From a virus: a stretch of DNA of 64,000 nucleotides. Below, in pieces: positions 9,085 to 18,286 of this stretch. The position numbers and the translations under genes were made by a program. The stretch is taken from positions 8,850 through 72,849 of IMG/VR virus record IMGVR_UViG_3300037141_000243; one strand, given 5' to 3'. The notes below the pieces were generated by a model. It did no database searches, was not told the DNA's origin, and saw nothing but the letters and a program-made list of their open reading frames with translations. Each line of letters starts with the position of its first letter. The stretch's first letter is position 1.

Positions 9085-11463
9085 TTAATTCCCGCCGCGA
9101 TAATCGTACCAACCAAGCGTATTGAGAGCGACACCTGCCTCCGTTCCATTGGTATTTATGTCAATTTGCGAAGATGTGTTTGTGCCGACTTCTGCAAAAG
9201 CAACTGTGGATGGCACGTACGCATTCGTGTAGCACTGATAATTATTATTCCCATTGGTGGTGCTGCCTGCGGTTGGGTCGAATAAGACAGTGGCTATAGC
9301 AAGTGACGATCCGCAATAGTAATTGAACTTTGCTATGACATTCACGCCAAGAGGAACTGTTAAAGTTGTGGCAGTTGTTCCAGAACTTAATGTCGCGCTG
9401 CTTAAATCTCCAACCGGCGCTGTCCAGATGAAATTTCCGCCTCGTTGCGTGTAGGCAATGATATGCGCAGAGCCGTCCGTCTTGAACGAACCAAGCCGTC
9501 GATATTCTGACCCGGTAATACCGCTTGGCTTGTTGGCGCATGTTGCCGAAGTGTCGAACGAATAATCCGTTGTCCCGGCGTTTTTCCATTCGCAGACGTG
9601 ATACCAAGTCGAATTAGCAATCGTGAGGCCGTTCCCCATGCCATTGCTGCCAGAGCCCGATGCCCAAGCGCCAGCGGTTGATTTGGTGAAGGCTGCCGCC
9701 GTCAGTTCATCGGTATTAGTGCTGTCAGCCGCTTGGCAAGCTGCAATGTCAAGAATGCTGTTAGGTGTGCCGCCATCATTCGAGAGGGTGCAACCGCCGA
9801 TGCTGTTATAGACAACAGATGATCCGCCGCCGCCCGATGAATTTATCGTGCAAGATATGGACGAAGAACTGTTGCAGGTACCGGAAACCGTAACGTTGGT
9901 TCCGGCGATAATGTCAACGCTCGAAACGCCGCTGCCAGCACCTGTGTTGCAATTAATGACCGTGCCGGAAGATGTGTAAGTGCAATAATCGCCATTGGTC
10001 AGCGTGCCAAACGTAACGGTCGCGCCAGGCATCTGGGCGGCGGCAACTGCTCCGCTGATATTGGTGAACGCAGGCTGCGCCGAACTCCACACACCATTGG
10101 CGCTCAATCCAGTAAGGAAATTGTTCGTGACTGGCGTAAAGGCCGGAACGATGTTTGCCGAGATCGCTGACCATGCGCCGGTCCCAACCTTTTTCAGAAT
10201 GTACCAGCCGTAGGTATTGTCTACCTGGATGGAGGCATTGACGCCGTTGATCGTGTCGGTGCCGTTTGGAGCGACTAAAAGATGATAAGTGGCTCCAACC
10301 GCGCCGCAATCGCCAACCACAATCTCCTGCCCGGTCGTGTAGCTGGTCGTAGCCAGCAGCGAGAGAGTGCGATTTGCGGTGAACGTGGTCGAGAAGCAAG
10401 CCGCCTTATCGGTACTCGCCATCGTGTAATTGCTGTCGGCGGCGTGATTGGTAAGCTGTGCTTCGGTGAATGTGGCGCTGCCCGCGCTGCCGCTTACCGT
10501 AAAGCCAAGGCCAGCCGATAGTGTTGCGGTATTGGTAACGCTGTTGCCGAGAAGGTCTTGGGTAGTTAGGGGTGAACCGCTACTGGTCGATGTAATAATA
10601 CCCCCCGTGCAGGTGATCGTAGTCCCGTCGCACTTGACGCCGCCGAAGGCCGCCGTCGTGGCCAACGGAAGGATCGAAGGGGTGAGGAGGCCACCGCTTG
10701 TTGTCTCAACGATGGTGCTGTTGCCGGTCAGGCCGTAAGGAAGCTCCTGGAGAACACCGCTCGTGTCGATTTCCACGCGCCCGCTCGTACCGGAAGTTAT
10801 GGTCGTCGATCCAACCGTTAGGCCGCCGGACCCGGCGGGGGTGGACCACGTATTGTCGCCGCGAAGATACGTTGTGCTGCCGGGCGTACCAGTCGCTGTC
10901 GTTCCGGTCGAAGCTACGAGCCCGCCCGCATTCGTCAGCGTAAGCGAAGACGGAGTTCCACCAGCACCGTTGAATAGAACAGGAGCGCCGGCTGAGCCAA
11001 CGTTTACCCCAAGGGCTGTAAGAATACCGGTCCCGGTTGTAGTAGTCGATGGCGCTGATCCAGCCCCGCCACCAATCACCAAGGCGCTCGTCGCAAGCAC
11101 CCCGCTGGAAAGCCACGTGCTGCTGCTATTGAAATACGGGATACCGCCGCTGGTGCCGGCAACCGTAAACGCCAAGGTACCCGTGCTTGTAATCGGGGAG
11201 CCGGCAATTGAAAGCAGGCCGCCAACAAAAGTCGCGCCAACATGGGTAACTGTTCCGCTACCGGTACCGCCACCGGTACCGCACGCATTACCGTTCGCAT
11301 CCATCGTGCCTTGAAGCAAAGACCCCACCGTATAGGTAGGCGCTCCGCATGACGCGACGACCCGGTATTGCGGGCCAGCACCAGAGCTGATCCCTTGTGA
11401 AACAGCAGGGCCAATAAACGCAAACGCAAATAGCGGTGCGGCAAAGAGTAATTTTCTGATCAT
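9085..11463 (-). CDS. Gly/Ser/Thr-rich fibre-like protein with signal peptide
   Basis: MIRKLLFAAPLFAFAFIGPAVSQ signal; fibre-like segments (TTYLRGDNTW, PNGTDTING, YRRLGSFKTDGS); many closely spaced Cys pairs. Confidence 0.65.
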   Translation of the reverse strand: MIRKLLFAAPLFAFAFIGPAVSQGISSGAGPQYRVVASCGAPTYTVGSLLQGTMDANGNACGTGGGTGSGTVTHVGATFVGGLLSIAGSPITSTGTLAFTVAGTSGGIPYFNSSSTWLSSGVLATSALVIGGGAGSAPSTTTTGTGILTALGVNVGSAGAPVLFNGAGGTPSSLTLTNAGGLVASTGTTATGTPGSTTYLRGDNTWSTPAGSGGLTVGSTTITSGTSGRVEIDTSGVLQELPYGLTGNSTIVETTSGGLLTPSILPLATTAAFGGVKCDGTTITCTGGIITSTSSGSPLTTQDLLGNSVTNTATLSAGLGFTVSGSAGSATFTEAQLTNHAADSNYTMASTDKAACFSTTFTANRTLSLLATTSYTTGQEIVVGDCGAVGATYHLLVAPNGTDTINGVNASIQVDNTYGWYILKKVGTGAWSAISANIVPAFTPVTNNFLTGLSANGVWSSAQPAFTNISGAVAAAQMPGATVTFGTLTNGDYCTYTSSGTVINCNTGAGSGVSSVDIIAGTNVTVSGTCNSSSSISCTINSSGGGGSSVVYNSIGGCTLSNDGGTPNSILDIAACQAADSTNTDELTAAAFTKSTAGAWASGSGSNGMGNGLTIANSTWYHVCEWKNAGTTDYSFDTSATCANKPSGITGSEYRRLGSFKTDGSAHIIAYTQRGGNFIWTAPVGDLSSATLSSGTTATTLTVPLGVNVIAKFNYYCGSSLAIATVLFDPTAGSTTNGNNNYQCYTNAYVPSTVAFAEVGTNTSSQIDINTNGTEAGVALNTLGWYDYRGGN

Positions 11464-11831
11464 TGGAATTGCCCCGTCAAGATTTGCATGTTGGTCATAT
11501 TCGCGGTCGATCCTGTGGTGTTGGCAATGGCAGCTACAAAGGAAAGGTAAGGCACCTTGTCTGTAGTGCCGACAGACCCCGGCGTTGCAATAACCAAAGC
11601 CTGGGTCGATACATCAATCAGGATAGTCCCGGCCAGATCGGCGTAGCGGGTAACCGTAAGAGTTACCGCCTGATCAGATGTTGCGTAGAAAACTATCCCG
11701 CCAAAACCTGCCGGCATAAGATCAGATGACCATGTCCCGGTAGTGGCTACCAAGCTCGCGGGAAATGGAATAGGTGGCACAGCGGGCATCGTCCCACAAT
11801 TTGGGTAAGATTTCAGAGGCGTAAGAGCCAT
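11460..11831 (-). CDS. Hypothetical beta-rich protein
   Basis: 123-aa ORF, AAGGA RBS, ATGA overlap with the next gene. Confidence 0.6.
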   Translation of the reverse strand: MALTPLKSYPNCGTMPAVPPIPFPASLVATTGTWSSDLMPAGFGGIVFYATSDQAVTLTVTRYADLAGTILIDVSTQALVIATPGSVGTTDKVPYLSFVAAIANTTGSTANMTNMQILTGQFQ

Positions 11832-11846
11832 TCGGGTTTGTCCTTT

Positions 11847-11924
11847 TCAGGGGGAAAGGAAATAGGCAAAAGCCAAAGCGGTAATGCCAATCAGGATCAT
11901 CCACGTGATGAAACTGTAAAACAT
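11847..11924 (-). CDS. Possible 25-aa membrane peptide
   Basis: MFYSFITWMILIGITALAFAYFLSP; starts just after the MuF stop. Confidence 0.3.
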   Translation of the reverse strand: MFYSFITWMILIGITALAFAYFLSP

Positions 11925-11925
11925 C

Positions 11926-12762
11926 TTAGGCATTCTGTTGTTCGCGCACAGCCTTGAGGGCGTCGCGACCCTTAGCCGTTATCATGGACGCGGGGAGGTC
12001 CGAGATTGAGTATTGATACTCGTAATGGCAAGAACAGTAAATTAGCTCCCCAGGTTTTTCAATGCTATCCGTGTAACCATTGGGACCTTTGTTCATAAAC
12101 CCCGCCTTCATCGCCCAATTGTTCTTGACGGCGTAAATCTTACCCTCGCGGGCAATATGCTCAGGCCGCGGATCATAGCCGGCGCGTCGTCCTGTGTGAC
12201 GCCAGATGGCAGCAATAGCCCCGCCATCGGTTGCGATGATCTCGTTGATCGCAGACACCAGCTTGGCGTTCTGGTCAATGAGTACCCGGCGCTCTTCAAA
12301 GGGCAGGCCCTTAACCGCTTTCTTGATGCCCTTCTTGGCGTCAACCTTATCGGTCGCCTTGCTGCCGCCCTTGGGTATGGATGTAGCCCAACCCTGGAAG
12401 CGGCGTAAGGTGGCTTCCGTCATCTCCTCGCGATTCAATTTGATCAGGCTGGCGCTCGCCATGATGCGGCGATCCAGCTCGGCGCGAAGGTGGGGTGCGA
12501 TGCGGTCTATTGTAAAGCGTTCCACGCCTTGGTGGAATTGTGCGATGTTGCCTTGCTCGATCATCTTCTTGTAAGTCAGGGTCAGCACCTCACGCAACAT
12601 TTCATCTAATTTGTAGAGTGGCACAAAGCTGGTATCAATTGCGTCACGCAGGCGCTTGGTCCAGTAGGCCACGCGAGCGGGATCGTCGTAGCCATGCTCC
12701 GCCATATTGGCGACTGCCTCATTCAAAATTGAATAGAAGTCGTCCCGTTTATTGGGGGGCAT
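11926..12762 (-). CDS. Head morphogenesis protein (Mu gpF / SPP1 gp7-like)
   Basis: RRVLIDQ, W....RPEH..REG and C-terminal PGELIYCSC motifs; downstream of the portal. Confidence 0.8.
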   Translation of the reverse strand: MPPNKRDDFYSILNEAVANMAEHGYDDPARVAYWTKRLRDAIDTSFVPLYKLDEMLREVLTLTYKKMIEQGNIAQFHQGVERFTIDRIAPHLRAELDRRIMASASLIKLNREEMTEATLRRFQGWATSIPKGGSKATDKVDAKKGIKKAVKGLPFEERRVLIDQNAKLVSAINEIIATDGGAIAAIWRHTGRRAGYDPRPEHIAREGKIYAVKNNWAMKAGFMNKGPNGYTDSIEKPGELIYCSCHYEYQYSISDLPASMITAKGRDALKAVREQQNA

Positions 12763-13235
12763 TATTTCTTCAAACGCCGCGTGCGCTCAGCGTAGTCTAC
12801 TATATCCCCGCTGGGCACCATGCGAAACTTTCCATCACCGAGAGGATCAGAACCGTAATCCCCCGGTCGATTTGTATTTATTGCCCGACGAATTGGGGTA
12901 AGTGTTTTACGATCAAGTTCATAAGCGCCCATAACTGTGGGGCGCTCTTGATCCCGTAATTTATCAGAACCCTTTGCATCGCTACGCAGCTTACCATTCA
13001 GGCTAATTTTTGCTTCTCTATACCCCAGGCCAAGCGGATCGGGGGAGGGCCTAAGACGTTTCAATTGTTTTTCTGCCGCCTCACGTGTGCGCTCAATCGA
13101 ACTAGTACGCCCATCGGAACCAATAACGTGGAAAAACACACCGTTATTATTGTGCTGTTGGATAAAGGGCGTAATCGCGTCAGCCTTTGCCTTTAGGCTA
13201 TCCAGCCGCGCGGCAATGTCCTGAAGCTTTCCCAT
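12762..13235 (-). CDS. Putative internal head protein
   Basis: ATG at 13235 overlaps the upstream TAA; leader MGKLQDIAARLDSLKAKADA and internal RSDA motif. Confidence 0.55.
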   Translation of the reverse strand: MGKLQDIAARLDSLKAKADAITPFIQQHNNNGVFFHVIGSDGRTSSIERTREAAEKQLKRLRPSPDPLGLGYREAKISLNGKLRSDAKGSDKLRDQERPTVMGAYELDRKTLTPIRRAINTNRPGDYGSDPLGDGKFRMVPSGDIVDYAERTRRLKK

Positions 13236-13450
13236 TAGAATCCATTTCCCATCAAGCGATGTACCGATGCATAGCAATCCAGCAAACCCTCCAGAGCGGT
13301 AATGGTCTGGAATCTCTTATCATCAAGAATCTGCCAATCGCAGCGCCTACAGGCATCCTGGTACTCAGACATACCCGTGTTAAAGGCCATGGTGGCCCTT
13401 TCGGTCTGCAAGGAGGCTTGCTTAAGGACCTCGGCAGAGATGGCCGCCAT
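13235..13450 (-). CDS. Hypothetical protein
   Basis: 71 aa, coupled by TAATG overlaps on both sides. Confidence 0.6.
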   Translation of the reverse strand: MAAISAEVLKQASLQTERATMAFNTGMSEYQDACRRCDWQILDDKRFQTITALEGLLDCYASVHRLMGNGF

Positions 13451-14949
13451 TAGCCCGCTGTGCCCGCCTCACGGCGATCCTGGAGCAGGCGCAAGAGCTG
13501 GCGGCTTTCAATCCGGCCCCGCGTGCTGTCCTTGGAGCTGAACGGGGCTTCCGGCTTCTCTTGGCCAAGGGCCGCTTGTTGGGGCGGCTCGTAATCAGCA
13601 ATGGCTTGGTAATCCATAACAAGCGGGGCAGAGAACAGCTTCTTGAGGTCGTTGATATTATCCGCAGCCCACTGAATCAGTACCGCTTTGTTGTCTGGAT
13701 CAATTTCGGGGATCAATACCTCGAGGATCGCGATGATGGCTTTAAGCTGTACATCGTCTTTCTTTACAAGTTCCGATTCAGGCTCGGTAAGCAGCGATGG
13801 CCAGATTGCGCTGAAGCTGTTCTGCCATTTGTAGAACGCTTCTTCGTAGCTGGTCTTACCGTATTCCTTGGGGAAGAGATTCTGGATGGTGGCGTAGAAT
13901 TCTTGATTCCAAGCGCGGTGCATCACAATGCGGTCAAAGAAAGCGTAAAGGGGCTGCATCTGAACGCGGACCTTGTCGATGTACCGGGCCACATATTTGG
14001 CGTCCTCGGTGCCTTCGCCAAAGCCTTCCGCAAAGGTTTCCGCATTCAGTATCTTGGCCGGCATGTCTGCACCGCTGGCAATGTTCTCCAAGATGTTCTT
14101 GCGGCTCTCTGACATGGCAGTATTGACGTTCTGCATGTTGAGCGTCTCGATGTCTTCGTCAGGCGTGATACCGATCACATTGCCGGTTACCGCTTCCTTG
14201 ACAAAATTACGCTTAAGGCCAGCCAGGAACGCCATCGCCTGATCCACCACCGATCCAGGCTGCTTCATCTTGGCAACAATAACGCCGGCCTTAAGGCTTA
14301 CCAAATCGTCCGTCACCATGGTCTGGATAAAAGACTTCAGCGGGTAGAGCGGGCGCTGGTAAACAGAGCGGCCCACATAACCAAAGGCGGATGTGGTATA
14401 CCCGATATAGATTGGCTTTTCGTTCAGGATAGTCACTGTCCGACTGCGGTGGTAAGGCACGCCGCTTACGCTAATGCTCCGCACCTTCTGGAAATCAAGA
14501 TCATTGGGATTTTGATTGAGGACCAAGCTGCCGGATGTGTTCAGCGGATCGTATACATTGAAGCTGATGTCGGCCTTTGCCAGCCCCTTGAAATCCATCG
14601 GCTTAGTCGACACCCAGCCATCAACTAGCATCGCAATGCTGGCAATACCGTAAACCCGTGACCACCCCATCGTATCCGCAATATGACCGTCGGCCCCGAT
14701 CTTGTCCCATTCCCGCTTAAAGGCTTCGACGACCTTTTCCTCAGGGCTATCGGGGCAGGTAATGATGCGGGGTTTGAATTGCGCCATGTCGATAGGCGTG
14801 TCAGCAAGCTTCTTACCCAAAGTGTGGTATTGATAAATTACCTTACACATCTGATAGCTGGGATCAGACCCCGGAAGGATTTGGTCACAGGCCATGATGT
14901 CCCATAACGGATTACCTATATTGGACCCGTTAAACTGGATGGTAGCCAT
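13450..14949 (-). CDS. Portal protein (DUF1073 family)
   Basis: 499 aa downstream of TerL; WSRVYG, YHRSR, GRSVYQR, NIASGADMPAKIL and GEGTED motifs. Confidence 0.85.
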   Translation of the reverse strand: MATIQFNGSNIGNPLWDIMACDQILPGSDPSYQMCKVIYQYHTLGKKLADTPIDMAQFKPRIITCPDSPEEKVVEAFKREWDKIGADGHIADTMGWSRVYGIASIAMLVDGWVSTKPMDFKGLAKADISFNVYDPLNTSGSLVLNQNPNDLDFQKVRSISVSGVPYHRSRTVTILNEKPIYIGYTTSAFGYVGRSVYQRPLYPLKSFIQTMVTDDLVSLKAGVIVAKMKQPGSVVDQAMAFLAGLKRNFVKEAVTGNVIGITPDEDIETLNMQNVNTAMSESRKNILENIASGADMPAKILNAETFAEGFGEGTEDAKYVARYIDKVRVQMQPLYAFFDRIVMHRAWNQEFYATIQNLFPKEYGKTSYEEAFYKWQNSFSAIWPSLLTEPESELVKKDDVQLKAIIAILEVLIPEIDPDNKAVLIQWAADNINDLKKLFSAPLVMDYQAIADYEPPQQAALGQEKPEAPFSSKDSTRGRIESRQLLRLLQDRREAGTAG

Positions 14950-14970
14950 TTGGGGTGTTGGGTATTTCCT

Positions 14971-15441
14971 CTAATGCCTGTTAGCCCGCCCGGACATTAG
15001 TTCCTGGGGCGTTAGCTGGCGGATAAATGTAGACGGTTCATAAGTCGATTTGCTGGCCCGGTCAGCCTTGACGGCCCTGACCATACGCATCTCGTCCTCA
15101 AGGCGGGCGAAATGCTTTTTCAGGGTTTGGGGCACAACATCGTATCGGTTTGCCAGGCTCTCAAGGCTTTCGCCTGATTTGTGCCGGCTGTAGGCGTCAG
15201 TGACCTGCCCCATCGTCATGTGGTATAGGGTAGTCCGATGAATACGTCCTATAGCGTCAACGCGGTGCCCATCGTGGGGCTGGATCAGCTTGCGCCGTAT
15301 CAACAATTGGTAAAGGGCTTGGCGAGTAACAGGGACACCAAATTCCTGGATGATGTCCTCAAGCGGCACCTTGGCGTTGTAGCGGTCAGCCATCTTAACG
15401 GCCAGCTCGTAGCTGCACCATTTCATCCGTGGGCCGCCCAT
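14971..15441 (-). CDS. HTH-like DNA-binding protein
   Basis: Two HTH-like segments (PLEDIIQEFGVPVTRQALYQLL; GESLESLANRYDVVPQTLKKHF); ends LTPQELMSGRANRH. Confidence 0.6.
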   Translation of the reverse strand: MGGPRMKWCSYELAVKMADRYNAKVPLEDIIQEFGVPVTRQALYQLLIRRKLIQPHDGHRVDAIGRIHRTTLYHMTMGQVTDAYSRHKSGESLESLANRYDVVPQTLKKHFARLEDEMRMVRAVKADRASKSTYEPSTFIRQLTPQELMSGRANRH

Positions 15442-15463
15442 TTCAAACTACCAGAATAATGTT

Positions 15464-15583
15464 CTAGATGACCCAAACCACAAAACGCACAACGTATACA
15501 AAACCAAGCCCCATCAAGACAACTGATCCAACAACGAGGTAAACCGCAAAGACGGGGCCGGCAAGATCGGAAAAGGATCGCAT
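15464..15583 (-). CDS. Small membrane protein (39 aa)
   Basis: GGAGG RBS; MRSFSDLAGPVFAVYLVVGSVVLMGLGFVYVVRFVVWVI; below the ORF-track cutoff. Confidence 0.5.
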   Translation of the reverse strand: MRSFSDLAGPVFAVYLVVGSVVLMGLGFVYVVRFVVWVI

Positions 15584-15596
15584 GACAAAGTCCTCC

Positions 15597-16892
15597 CTAA
15601 TATCCATCAGTATTTCCCAAGGCTAACGCGATACCGTAACAAAACACGTCCAAAAGGTCATCCTCGCGCCCTGGCGTTTTATCACCAATCCTAAAGCCAC
15701 AGACTTGTGACAGGAAATGATTACGCGTTGCGCCCTTATAGCTCACAGTCTTGTCATACGCGTGGGCAGATAGCTTTACCTTTTCCTGGAAGAAGTACCC
15801 GGACGCATTGATCGCCCGCTCATCCTTACCCATTGCGGTAAGGTCTGACTCAATTTCATGCACGTTTTGCCCACGCCGCTTGGCCTGTTGCAGGAGAATG
15901 GAGCCGGACGACTTGTCCTCGATGTAGGCCCCAATTGATCCTGACCTTGCGTGGGTAAGCTGGGCTAATTCTTCAAGCCGGCGAAATACGTTTGGTAGCC
16001 AGGTCTCAAGCAAGGCCCCCTCGATCTGCTGGATGTCCCAATCAAGCAATACAAGCGGGTAGCCTTTACCAAACTTGGACCGGCTAAAGTAGCCAACCGC
16101 CGTACCATCGTTATCCTTGCCGGTCTTGACCGCCGTATCGATGACCGCAAAGACTGAATCGCATTGTGCGGGCATAGCGACAGGCTGACCATTGACCAAC
16201 ATCTTGTCCTTGGCAAAGAACGCCACCCCGGACCAATCGACAAAGTCGGCTAATATCTCTTGAGCGTAAACCAGGGGGTGCATGGTCTTGGCCCACGCTT
16301 CCAGGTCCTCGCGCGGCAGCAGCGGGTTCTGCTGGCTTGGGGCGTGGTATTCCTTAAAACCGTGTTCCGGCTCGTTACATATCTTCCAGAAGAATTGATC
16401 CGGGTCAGCGCCGTTGGTATTGGACAGGACCAAAGCTGATCCACGGTAATCAAGTAAAGTCGGCTTGATCGCCTTGGACCAAATGTCCATCATGTTAGGC
16501 TTGGTAAACGCAGCCTCATCGATGATGACTTTGTGGTACTTGCGCGAACGACCGGCGGATAAGTCTTCCAGGGTCCAGAAGTCTAAGCGGCCCCCGGTAA
16601 TGGTCCGGATAATGTCGCGGCCCCCGCTTGGGTATTTCCTTACCGGCTCAATCACTTCCGATATTTCGTTAATGATTTCTGTGAGGCGCTTGTAGTCGGG
16701 GGCGAAGTAACCGACCAGCTCCGACTTGATCAGAGCGTCCTCAGCAATGATGCTCCCGAAGGTGCTCTTGCCCCAGCGCCGGCCACAGCGGACCGCGTAG
16801 TAGCGGGAGCGGTTGTCAAAGCAGCTTACCTGTCCTGAATGCAGGGTCGGGAGGTCTACCTCGATTTCCCGATGCTTTCCAGCGGCACTCAT
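15597..16892 (-). CDS. terL: Terminase large subunit
   Basis: Walker A CGRRWGKST, Walker B VIIDEAAF, nuclease acidic motifs VIDTA and DDLLDVFCYG. Confidence 0.93.
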   Translation of the reverse strand: MSAAGKHREIEVDLPTLHSGQVSCFDNRSRYYAVRCGRRWGKSTFGSIIAEDALIKSELVGYFAPDYKRLTEIINEISEVIEPVRKYPSGGRDIIRTITGGRLDFWTLEDLSAGRSRKYHKVIIDEAAFTKPNMMDIWSKAIKPTLLDYRGSALVLSNTNGADPDQFFWKICNEPEHGFKEYHAPSQQNPLLPREDLEAWAKTMHPLVYAQEILADFVDWSGVAFFAKDKMLVNGQPVAMPAQCDSVFAVIDTAVKTGKDNDGTAVGYFSRSKFGKGYPLVLLDWDIQQIEGALLETWLPNVFRRLEELAQLTHARSGSIGAYIEDKSSGSILLQQAKRRGQNVHEIESDLTAMGKDERAINASGYFFQEKVKLSAHAYDKTVSYKGATRNHFLSQVCGFRIGDKTPGREDDLLDVFCYGIALALGNTDGY

Positions 16893-16894
16893 GG

Positions 16895-17380
16895 TTAGGT
16901 AGTCGGACCAGCGTGGCCTGCCGGGATACCGCTAGACCCCACAAAGCCGTGCCAATGGCAGCCCTCGGTAGGCTTTCGTTTGGCATCAAGCAGGATGGAA
17001 GGCGTCAGGACCAAATTGTCGATCGTGGTGCCGCTGGCGGTCCATCGGGACGGTTTACCATCAGCGTCGTGGCTGCTTGCCTCGTCTGGAACGTTGCGGC
17101 CAGCAAACGTCACCATAACGGCGTGCGTCCCTACAGACCCCCCGTTTTTGGTAAAGCACTTGGGGCACAGGAACATGATGTGGTCCGCTTCGGCAACGGT
17201 CGCAACGTCGTGATGCCCGTACCGGGTAGGCGTCGGGCTCCACATGAACTTGCTGCCGTCGTCCTCCCGGAAGAGGTACATCCCCTTACAGTCGCCCTCC
17301 TCGGTCTCGATCTCGGACGTGGTAACGGCCACGGTCTTTTGCAAGTCCGCTTCAAGCTGCCGCAGGGGTATTGATGTCAT
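16895..17380 (-). CDS. DUF6527-like Zn-binding protein
   Basis: FLCPKC...H, RW..SG.....LTPSIL and CHWHGFV pattern. Confidence 0.5.
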   Translation of the reverse strand: MTSIPLRQLEADLQKTVAVTTSEIETEEGDCKGMYLFREDDGSKFMWSPTPTRYGHHDVATVAEADHIMFLCPKCFTKNGGSVGTHAVMVTFAGRNVPDEASSHDADGKPSRWTASGTTIDNLVLTPSILLDAKRKPTEGCHWHGFVGSSGIPAGHAGPTT

Positions 17381-17952
17381 TTGCCGGTAGGCAATCCGCC
17401 CTTGACGATGATCTTCAACGGCTTGTCAGGATCGAAGCCGGTCTCGCTGCGGTCTTTCCAGTTCTCAGGGTCACGATTGGTAAGCCAGAACTTGATCTGA
17501 TTGTCCGAAGGAGGCACGTGTTCCATTGTGGGCACACGCACGACTCGCTTGCCGACGACCACGATCTTCTCGCTCGGATAGCTGTACCCTGTCGCCTTTG
17601 CATAGCCGGCACGGACGACACGCTCGTCCGCAGCGTCCTTACCTCTACGACACGCATTAAAGAACTCTTGATGTCTTGTACCCCAATTCCAAATGGTAAC
17701 CACTGTTACCCCAAAGAATTCAGCCAGCTCAGCGTCCGTCGCCCCCATTTCGCACAGCTTCTTCGCCATTGTGCAGAAGGCCGGATCATAGGTGCTGGGT
17801 TGGCCCCCGTTCTTTTGGATGTCCTGGGCTACGCGCTGCACGTCTTTGGCGTGTTTGCGGCGCTGCTTCTTCGATCCCTTGACGTTGGCTGGGTAGGTAC
17901 GCTTTTTCTTCCCCTTCTTCGAGGCTTTGCGTACGACCTTGGCTTTCGGCAT
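17377..17952 (-). CDS. terS: Terminase small subunit
   Basis: GQPSTY...GATDAELAEFFGVTVVTIWNW HTH, then PP...IKFWLTNRDPENWKD; upstream of TerL. Confidence 0.8.
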   Translation of the reverse strand: MPKAKVVRKASKKGKKKRTYPANVKGSKKQRRKHAKDVQRVAQDIQKNGGQPSTYDPAFCTMAKKLCEMGATDAELAEFFGVTVVTIWNWGTRHQEFFNACRRGKDAADERVVRAGYAKATGYSYPSEKIVVVGKRVVRVPTMEHVPPSDNQIKFWLTNRDPENWKDRSETGFDPDKPLKIIVKGGLPTGK

Positions 17953-17953
17953 C

Positions 17954-18286
17954 TTATCTGCCGGCCATCAGCTGTTGTTTGGTAAGGCTGGGAATGCAAT
18001 TGGGTGGGGGGCATTGCCTGTGCGGGACAGGGCCGTAGAATGATTCGTCCTGGTATTTAAGCGATTCCCTTGGCTTAGTGTGCTTGACAACGCGCTCAGG
18101 CTTGAATCGGTTATACCCGGCGGTATCGCCGTATTCAGAGCGAAACAAACTGTAATACTTTTGCGCGATCCTTTCGCTGCAATGTACCAAACCTGCGGCA
18201 AAGCTGGGGCGCATACCCTTACGCCACACATCCAGAAGGATGTTCAATTCTTCCTCATTTAGGTGCTGTGCGCGAGTGCGGGTCAT
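17954..18286 (-). CDS. Hypothetical HTH-like protein
   Basis: 110 aa; ends PSLTKQQLMAGR. Confidence 0.55.
   Translation of the reverse strand: MTRTRAQHLNEEELNILLDVWRKGMRPSFAAGLVHCSERIAQKYYSLFRSEYGDTAGYNRFKPERVVKHTKPRESLKYQDESFYGPVPHRQCPPPNCIPSLTKQQLMAGR

Noticed and set aside
13450-14949. Anti-CBASS Acb1 label sometimes given to DUF1073 proteins
   Set aside because: No 2H phosphoesterase HxT motifs in a C-terminal extension; the protein fits a plain portal.
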